Shown piece by piece: positions 51,619 through 59,316 of a stretch of 59,316 bases of DNA. Numbering within the stretch: position 1 is the first letter of the stretch; the number at the start of each line of letters is the position of its first letter. The DNA comes from Asterionella formosa (Eukaryota). Made by a program: the position numbers and the translations under genes. The stretch lies in assembly GCA_002256025.1 (NCBI GenBank), contig NKIB01013343.1, forward strand, positions 1 to 59,316. Direction: 5' to 3'. Under the pieces are notes generated by a model, which was given only the letters and a program-made list of their open reading frames with translations, was not told where the DNA came from and ran no database searches.

Positions 51619-52992
51619 CTAATCAGAACCTTCTTCCTGGTGGTCTATCGTGTCCTTTCCTACTTCATTACCCACACCATTGTTTTCATATTCCCCTAGA
51701 GAATCAAAACATGCTTCCATCCCTTCTCCAAATCGAACTAACAGAGTTGCTCCATTTTCTTCCACTGGTGGTGGGGGATACATCGTGATGTAAAGTGAGT
51801 TCTCATCGCTGCTCCAAGTTGCAGTCTTACTCAAGAACGGCACACAGATCCGCCCTTGGAGGCGTAAGGGAAGGTCATACTTGGAGAATACTTCAACAAT
51901 AGTGAGGGGTTGATTCGATAATGTGACATTGTTCCAAAGTGGTAAATCATTGTAGGTGAATAGTTCATTCAACTTGTCTCGTGTGGCTGCTGGCAATGGT
52001 TGAATACCACATGGTTTCGACTCCCAAAAATTCACCAAAAAGGTGATTCTAAGCATATTCTTTTTATCATCGTCGTTGAGTTGTTGTCGTAGGGCAGGAT
52101 GAGAGGGTGCCCCATGCAACAATCGCCCATCAAAAACAACATGCTTTCCTACTTTGGGGTGAGATACAATCATGTGTGTCATTGAATTTTCCACGGATTG
52201 ATCATATCGGTGCGGAAAAATGATGGTAGGATTTGAATTCGACTGAGTCAGATACGTGACAGTGGATAGGATTGGAAACGATCCCAAATCGAAGTGTTCA
52301 GCGAGTAGTTCGTCTTTGTCGTAATGCAAATCAACGGCTTCATTCGGGTTGCCTGGTCTCGAGAGCAAAAAGTCTTGATAATTTGTTATGCTACTAGTTG
52401 GATCTGTTGATTTGATTTGTACCCACCATTCGGCTCCACCCAAGGGTAAATTATACGTTATTTTGTGAGATAGCAAGATTTTGTGAGCGAGGCGCTCGAG
52501 TGTAGACATCTCCTTGTCCTCTGTGCCCGCATTTGGATCGAGCCAAAATGTTTCCTTGGATATCTTGGCTAACTCTATAGCTTGTTGTATCAGTGCGTCA
52601 CAAAATGTCGTATGTATTTCTAATATTTGATAAACATCTTGAATGTATGTATTGTCGTGATGCAATTGATTTGAGGGGTTAACAGCCACGGCAGCATTCG
52701 AAGGGCTCCCTTGAAATATTCCCAACTGTTCGGCAACTTCTTTGGATGTCTCCACTAATGTGCATGACCCCATGGTGCGACAATCACAATAACTGGGTCC
52801 CATGCCAATGAATTCGACATCGTGATCTGCATGACAGGTTTCCGAACAACCTTGGCAAACGCAAAGAGGCGCATCGGACAAGTGGCATGTTTCACAAACG
52901 AATATTGCTTGCCAGCACGTAAGAGGTCCTGTAACAGCATATGTGCAATTGCAAGATGGTATCGGAGGAGGCATTGACGCTGTACCAGACAT
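51619..52992 (-). CDS. UBR-type zinc finger + 2OG-Fe(II) oxygenase-like protein (457 aa from ATG 52992)
   Basis: CTY...QAIFVCETC...VCQGCSETCHADHDV...YCDC (zf-UBR pattern). AEWWVQ, LHYDKDE (HxD), STVTYL, FDGRLLHG (distal His) and RITFLVNFW (2OG-binding Arg). Confidence 0.88.
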   Translation of the reverse strand: MSGTASMPPPIPSCNCTYAVTGPLTCWQAIFVCETCHLSDAPLCVCQGCSETCHADHDVEFIGMGPSYCDCRTMGSCTLVETSKEVAEQLGIFQGSPSNAAVAVNPSNQLHHDNTYIQDVYQILEIHTTFCDALIQQAIELAKISKETFWLDPNAGTEDKEMSTLERLAHKILLSHKITYNLPLGGAEWWVQIKSTDPTSSITNYQDFLLSRPGNPNEAVDLHYDKDELLAEHFDLGSFPILSTVTYLTQSNSNPTIIFPHRYDQSVENSMTHMIVSHPKVGKHVVFDGRLLHGAPSHPALRQQLNDDDKKNMLRITFLVNFWESKPCGIQPLPAATRDKLNELFTYNDLPLWNNVTLSNQPLTIVEVFSKYDLPLRLQGRICVPFLSKTATWSSDENSLYITMYPPPPVEENGATLLVRFGEGMEACFDSLGEYENNGVGNEVGKDTIDHQEEGSD

Positions 52993-53194
52993 GGTGGAAC
53001 GAATGCTTGAGCGCAACAAAAATTCCAAACTACCGGTAGTACTGGTATATGAAATGTGTATGGGTTTGAGCGTTGGCAATGGTGTTCACTCAATGCATCA
53101 ATATTTATTTATATATACCGGTACCTGTGCATTCATACCGCTTTTATGTATGTATAATACACCGGCAATCCCCACCCTAGCTATCGTCTTGCTT

Positions 53195-53350
53195 TTCGAT
53201 GAGAACTGTGGGTGTCTAAGTATTTTTGGTACATTTAAGTTATTTTTTAGATGAGAACTGTGGGTGTCTAAGTAATTTTTGGTATCTCTAAGTCCCATTC
53301 GGGTACTTCTAAGTAATTTTTAGGCTCTAAGTAATTTTTTAGGTAATTTT
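53195..53350 (+). repeat. Short tandem/subterminal repeats
   Basis: GATGAGAACTGTGGGTGTCTAAGTA occurs twice and CTAAGTAATTTTT several times. Confidence 0.7.
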
Positions 53351-53649
53351 TATTTAGGGGCAATATGGGGCACATCGAATTTTTCGGCATTAAAATTGCC
53401 GATTTGAGCATGACAGCCAGAATAATGGTAAATGTTGGTTTTTTCAATTGGTCAAAGAACACCATGGAGAAGAGAAAATTTTTGACCATCGAAAAATTCA
53501 CACAAAAATGATTGCAACATATGGATGTCAAAAAATTGATTATCATGTTTTTTGCAATCAAAGTATGATTTCATGATTGAATCATAAACAACAAAGGTAA
53601 GCAACGAGAAGATGATTCAAGTAGGGAGAGAGCGAAAGAAGAGAAAAGG

Positions 53650-55010
53650 AAAGGAATATTGATCCATGCCTGGATTTATGAAGAGTAATCTTTGTAGGTA
53701 ATGCAACACTAGAGTTGACAAGTGAAGAAATCATACTCTTCCTCCTACCATGGGCAGTGCAACAAGCAGCATTATCCGTGCCTGAAGCTGTAGCTAAGTC
53801 CTAAGTCAACACAAAGCCTAGTAGCATAGCCTTTACCAAAGTAGTCTCCCTTCTTGTGTCCTGCCTTGTATGTTAGCCCTAGCTTGCATTGGTTCTTAGT
53901 ACCAATTATACGAGAAGCAATGTAGAAAGAGATGCACGTGAGTTAGAACATAGATATGCATATGCATAAAAAATCACCGTTACCTGATATCATCAGAACA
54001 AATGTATTGTAGAAATACATACCTTGAGCTCCTTCTCAGGAGCACGTCGCCGAAAGAACGGTTGGTTGCTACCAGGTAGTTACCATCTCGGGCGAACAGA
54101 GGTTATCCCGGTAGTGATGTATGAGCTTCACTATGCATGTAGGGTTGCCAGTATCCTCGATCATGGTATGTTCCTGTAGACCTTGGTACTTCCACTCAGT
54201 ATGTTGCGACGTCAGGGCATTATTTTTTTCGACTTCACTTGGATGTAGCACGACAGTTCGTAGTCAGTCCAAGAAACCGTCTGTCACCTTGTTGAAAGTC
54301 AAATCGTACATTTCAATTGAACCTTGAACACCGAACGCTTTGCCCATTTTCCATACCATGGACCTGAGGCAATTGTCATAATTCAGGTAAGGCTGCATCC
54401 GTAGTGCTCATAGCTTCCTGTCTTCATCTTGATCGAACTGCGAGGCCATGGGCTTGTGACCTTATTCCGATGGACGGTGCTTGGCAGCAATTGCCTTTTT
54501 TTTAAAGAAAGCTTGTATCTCACCCTTGCCATTAAAATCCTTTGACAGGGAGTACAGGATGCCTTGACGGGAAAAGCATCGGAAGAGATCTTTCAGCTTG
54601 GTTTTGGCAGTGTTCGGTTGGTACATTGCTGATGCGATGGCTTCGTCAGATGCACTTTCAAGGATGACAGGTGATTTTTTCTTAAAAAATTTGGTTGCGA
54701 ACCAAAGCACAGCACTATTGATGATGTCCTTGGTAGCGTTACGTCGTAAGCTACGACATAGTAGAGAGAATCGACGGATTGGCTGGTTTCCGTTGTCGGG
54801 ATCCTGATCCATACAAGCAAGCGAGCCCAAGGTTGGATTTCCGACGAGAGTTTCAAAGAATCTGCTTTCGATGATGGTAAGTGCCTTGGTATACCTGCTT
54901 GTGTTGTGCGTCAGGTTCCTGATAACATCTGTTTGTGTAGCAGATCCAAAAACATCGTTGCTGGATCGAATGGCATTTGCATAGTCTTCAGCAGTTGCAA
55001 CCAATTCCGG
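53650..55010 (-). mobile_element. Decayed intron-containing tyrosine recombinase (Crypton-like)
   Basis: YQPNTAKTKLKDLF; FGVQGSIE (the R position reads CAA); CTAHGRRK (HxxR at 53741-53752); SRH (53666-53674). Probable intron 53895-54022 (GTATGT...CTAAC...AG). Catalytic Tyr not found. Confidence 0.7.
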
Positions 55011-58002
55011 GAATCACGGCGGCGATAATGAGCTCCAGCGGTAGGATCAACGACAGTAAAAGTTCTTTGGTACTAGTACTTCTTGTCAGAATCACATGCG
55101 CTACTGTCGCTGCAATCAGAATCACGACAATAGACAGAGCTGGAGCTTTCAAGATCAGAATGGTGTTTTGCTAAATCGGAATCTTTCACAGTTGTAGTGG
55201 ATACATTACTTTTACAAGTTTCTTTAACAAAGCTGACAATGACAAGAAAGAAACAGTGCAACTGTGAGTGATTGCAAAACCAAGGAACGGAAGCACAATG
55301 ATGCAACAATCAACAACAAACGCACCTATATTCTACGTCTTTTTTTGCTTTCTTCAATGGCTATTTCGGGAATACTTGCAGTATTTGCAGCAACCTCATT
55401 CTGTTCCAATAAACTGAAGAATGTAATGGATTGAATATGTTAGCTAGGATGAAATCGACCATACAGGCAGCATGGAAGCACACAAAAATCAACAACATAC
55501 CTAAGCTTCTTTTTCCTTGCCAGTGCACACAATGGCGATGCAGCACGCCGGTTACCATCTTGCTCTTTGCGCTTAGCAGTCTTTGTCACCGCTCTTTGAG
55601 AGAAACGACGGCTTCTAGTTCCCGTTGTCATTGTAGAATAATCAGTATGTTAGAAATATAATAACATTGAATGAAACCAGAACGAATCTATATTTTAGAG
55701 CCGCTCAAAAAGCACTATCAAACTTGCTTCCAAGCCATCATATCTGATCTTCACGTAGAAACATACTAAAAAAATCATTTTTGAATTGTGACTGAATATA
55801 ATGTATGGAAATAGCACCAAACATCTGACAACGATGGCGCGAAATTGACTCCTTACCAGCGCAACCCATGAATCTTGGTCCCCAAAAGTCCAATCAATGA
55901 TAGTATCGATGAGCGATCATCCGAGTCGTCAGTGTCCAACAGATCGGATGATGAATGATGAGACTTTTGGAGTTCGATTGAATTACTAGGAATTACAATT
56001 TTGGCGCCACCACGATGAAGTAGGTATGATGATACGACATGAATCCCACGTAAAGACGAGTAATCCAACAACCAACCAAATCTGTTTGATGACAAAGTCG
56101 CTACTTTCGTCATCAATGAGCACATTTTGCTTCAGATTGGGCATGATGATTGATGATTGACTGTGTCAAAGCTGTATTTCCGCCCTCACATTTTAAGAAA
56201 CAAACAGAATCGATGTATATTACAACAGATTCGTGAATTCTAGAAACAAACTATTAAAATCTGTTGAGTATATAAAATGGTTTCCTTAAGTAGAAACCTT
56301 GCCAATTTCGGCAATCCCAGGGCTGGATAACCGAGGGGCAATTGCTACAAATTGTAATATCAAAATGCGAAAATAGGAAATATACAAAATATGTATAATG
56401 ATGGGCGATATAGGACCCATTGCAAATTTCGATGTGAAGATAGGAATTATATTAAATATATTTCATAGGATGGGCTATAGCGAGCTAAAATTGACATTTA
56501 CACCCGATGAGTGGGCAGTAGGTAAGCAAATGGCGCAACGATAGCTAGTTTGTGAATGGGCCTCAGCAATACCCTTCTCGGTGGCTACATGCCTTCTCGT
56601 AAACATGTGTACTCGCAGGCATGAGACCACCTCGGGCGTGTATTGCCTTCAGCAGTCAATTTTAGGTTTGAGCAGCAGGGACCATCGAGCAACGTCAGGA
56701 GTAGAATTTTCATGAGAAAAAGTTTGGACACATCAAAAATGCATGGACCACCAGATATACCGGTACCAGTATATGCATGAAAAATAGTCACACAAGAATG
56801 ATTGTACCAAGAATCGAAAATTCGACATGATGTTGTTAAGCAACCAAAGTATGAAATGGAAATCGAAAGTTAAGAAGTAAAAATGACAAGCAGGGAGTAG
56901 AATAAAAAGTGAAAAAAGAAAATGGGTCAGCGGAAAAATGGTGTGAAAATTTGTCAACGCATTTTCATTAACAATTGTCATCTCACACTTTTAGAAATGT
57001 TCAGATTGGGCCTGGAGGAGCAGAAACCGATGCCTGAATGGATTTAGAGGCAGTGCTGGTTTCTGTATTGATTCGGACTTGTGGTTGCGGAGGTGTTGGA
57101 GGAGCAACACCATTGCTGGCGTAAAGTTACAAGACCGGGATACTCCAGCCGATCTGCAGCAGGTGAGTAAAGTCAATTAAACCAATCAGAATATGCGTAG
57201 TGACATGGGAACTTACCCTGGAGTCTTTTCGGACAGAGAATTATTCAGGAAAACATACCTACGCAAGACTCTAAGTCTACGAGAACGTTTTTGCACGTAC
57301 TAATTCCGATTCCAATATTTTGGCGACTGTTGAAAAAACCGATCAGGTCGACTTTTTGGAAGAGGATTGCTCTACATCTACGGGGTTTTATGACGATTAA
57401 AATAGATAGCCGTGTACCCTATAACGTCAGGAGTTAACTTCTGGAGAGAAGTGGCAGTTATGTATTGTAGATTTTTTGAAAAGCTTTGTAGTACCTTTTC
57501 TTGGCTAGTTTTGCGGTAGTTACGAATCTCTGATACATAACTGCGCCACTTGTTCGTTCAACCTACTCACGCCTCCCAAGCCTCGAACACAAGAATACTC
57601 ACAGGCAGTCTCCACCCTCAGTCGTGTATTACCTTCAGTATATTACTCATGTAACAATGTACTGTACACATACCAGTATTCTTTAAGGTTCCTGCATTTG
57701 AACCCCTACATAGGCAAAAATTAAAATATTGCTTAGGGTTGCCGAAATTCCCTGGAACTCAGAATTTTTATGAGCTATTTTTGAATGACGTGATCTTAAA
57801 TATTTAAATGAGTGGATATTTGCCCATATGCACATAGATTCCTTTTCGAATTCGCTAAATATAAATATAAAAATTCTCCATTGCTCGATATATATATACA
57901 CTATAATACGATCAACATTTATGTGTCAGAGCATCAAGCTGGCAACTTGGCAAATATCATTGATGACTATACTGGTAAGAAACAAAAAAAGCGAAATCAA
58001 CC

Positions 58003-58400
58003 ATGAGGGAGATTTCACATCACCATGATGACAAGGGGGATGACCCATTCAACTACAGTCATGATACATGTCCAACATGTCAAGACTTGTTGATTGTAGA
58101 GTCAGATGTGGAGAGATGTGACAATGCATCTTCTGCAAATGCTGTGATTTTGGTTGCACTGAATGTCAGTGCCGATGGGATGAAGTCGAAGAGACGGAAA
58201 GTTTTTGAAGATGATTTAATTCTTACAAGAATGAAGGATGAAGACATTCCGGCGTGGTCAAGGGCCCGCAATCTTCTCTACAATTTTTTAATCAGAGTTT
58301 ACTGTGGACCATTAGGAAAAGGTGTTCGGATGGAACTTCCTGACTGTTGTTTGAAGGGGGTTTGATCCATATTGAAAAAAAGTATCCAAACTAAGAGTAA
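58003..58400 (+). pseudogene. P2X7 C-terminal (ballast)/Nanor/KolX-like small Cys-containing ORF, probably a transposon accessory gene, truncated
   Basis: CPTCQD..C...ARNLLYNFLIRVYCGPLGKGVRMELPDCCLKGV* matches the R-x-x-x-Y...G-x-LG-x-x-x-R-x-x-LP-x-C pattern. A TGA stop falls where the family has R. Confidence 0.55.
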
Positions 58401-59316
58401 ACTGGCTTCAAACCTGTTTCCAAAGGTTCTAAATTTAGTAGTGATTAGTTTATTTTACTATTTTCATTCAATTCAATAGAATATTATACTACGATGCACC
58501 TAGTGCATATGTTGTTTCAAACTCATCATCTAAAAGTGAGGTGGAATGTATTCTTCTTGATTTCTATATTATTTTGTTAATGTTGTGCTATAATTTATTA
58601 GTTTAATACATCAGTAATAACAATAAACAACATAGACAACAACAGTAACATCTACAACGCCGATTACTGGTACAGCCGCCACAAAAAAACGCTAGTCAAA
58701 TATGATCACCCAAATTAATTATTTGGGTGGCCCAATATGACGAATTTAGCTACGTACATAATTTAAGGGTATGACATCACAAAAAAATATGATGCATCAT
58801 ACAATATATATGGACGGAGTGAACTAAAATAGTTTCGACAACTTCCATAATTATTTTAGAACCCACATAATTTTTGGGGCCAACTGACAATATTTTCTTG
58901 CGACACGAAGAAAAATTTGTTCAGTAATAATCTCTATAATACGGTACTTTTCTCGACAATTCGCAACATTTCCGTTCACAAATATTCTTCACTCTGACTA
59001 CCATTAATTCTGTTAGTTTGCTCCCATTTTATCTTTACTTTGATCACATTAATACCTCAAGGTTAAACAAATATATATGCTAGTCAAAAAAATTATTATG
59101 TGTAACCAATTCACTCTTTCAATTTCATTCTACAATCGCAAAATCAATCAAATTAATCGCTTCGCTATATAGTAGTTCATATTGATACTTTCTATAGAAC
59201 GCGATTCTCAAACCAATACGACAAGCAATGGATGTTCATTCTTGCAGCTGGATGCTGTAACGACTCACAAGATTGCCTGGCTACTCATACTTGCAGGAGT
59301 CCCTGTTGCTAGTATC

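Noticed and set aside
53195..53350. CRISPR-like repeat-spacer pattern
   Set aside because: Eukaryotic context, degenerate repeats with irregular non-unique spacers, and no cas genes.
56303..57750. hAT-like ends AATTTCGGCAATCCCA (56303-56318) and TAGGGTTGCCGAAATT (about 57734) as one element
   Set aside because: They face outward rather than inward and no 8-bp TSD is visible; at most they are ends of separate elements.
1..59316. tRNA or rRNA genes
   Set aside because: No cloverleaf or rRNA-like sequence recognised by eye; tRNAscan-SE/Infernal would be needed to exclude them.

Overview
Eukaryotic nuclear DNA, very probably from a diatom. Evidence: GT-AG introns, bipartite ASAFAP-like plastid targeting peptides, a bHLH-PAS factor, and Ambal-like and CoDi-like retroelements. 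Six credible host genes sit as islands in nested, decayed transposons: (1) a two-exon 78-aa plastid-targeted protein missed by the ORF track; (2) a convergent 129-aa plastid-targeted membrane protein; (3) a 1394-aa TMEM181/Wntless-like membrane domain fused to a class-3 lipase; (4) a two-exon glutamate decarboxylase; (5) a two-exon bHLH-PAS transcription factor; (6) a UBR-box zinc finger fused to a 2OG-Fe(II) oxygenase. Mobile DNA includes two copies of one Gypsy family, a pogo-type transposase, nested Ambal-like non-LTR elements, two Crypton-type remnants, a RAG1/Transib(CMC)-like transposase remnant, a Copia RNase H fragment, a P2X7-ballast/KolX-like ORF and several TIR elements and MITEs. 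The most striking non-genic pattern is a set of short TA-[CCGG/CCWGG/CTG]-TA insertions. Paralogue comparison shows they were added at TA dinucleotides, they stack upstream of host genes, and both Gypsy elements integrated into them. All family assignments come from motif recognition by eye; no searches were run.
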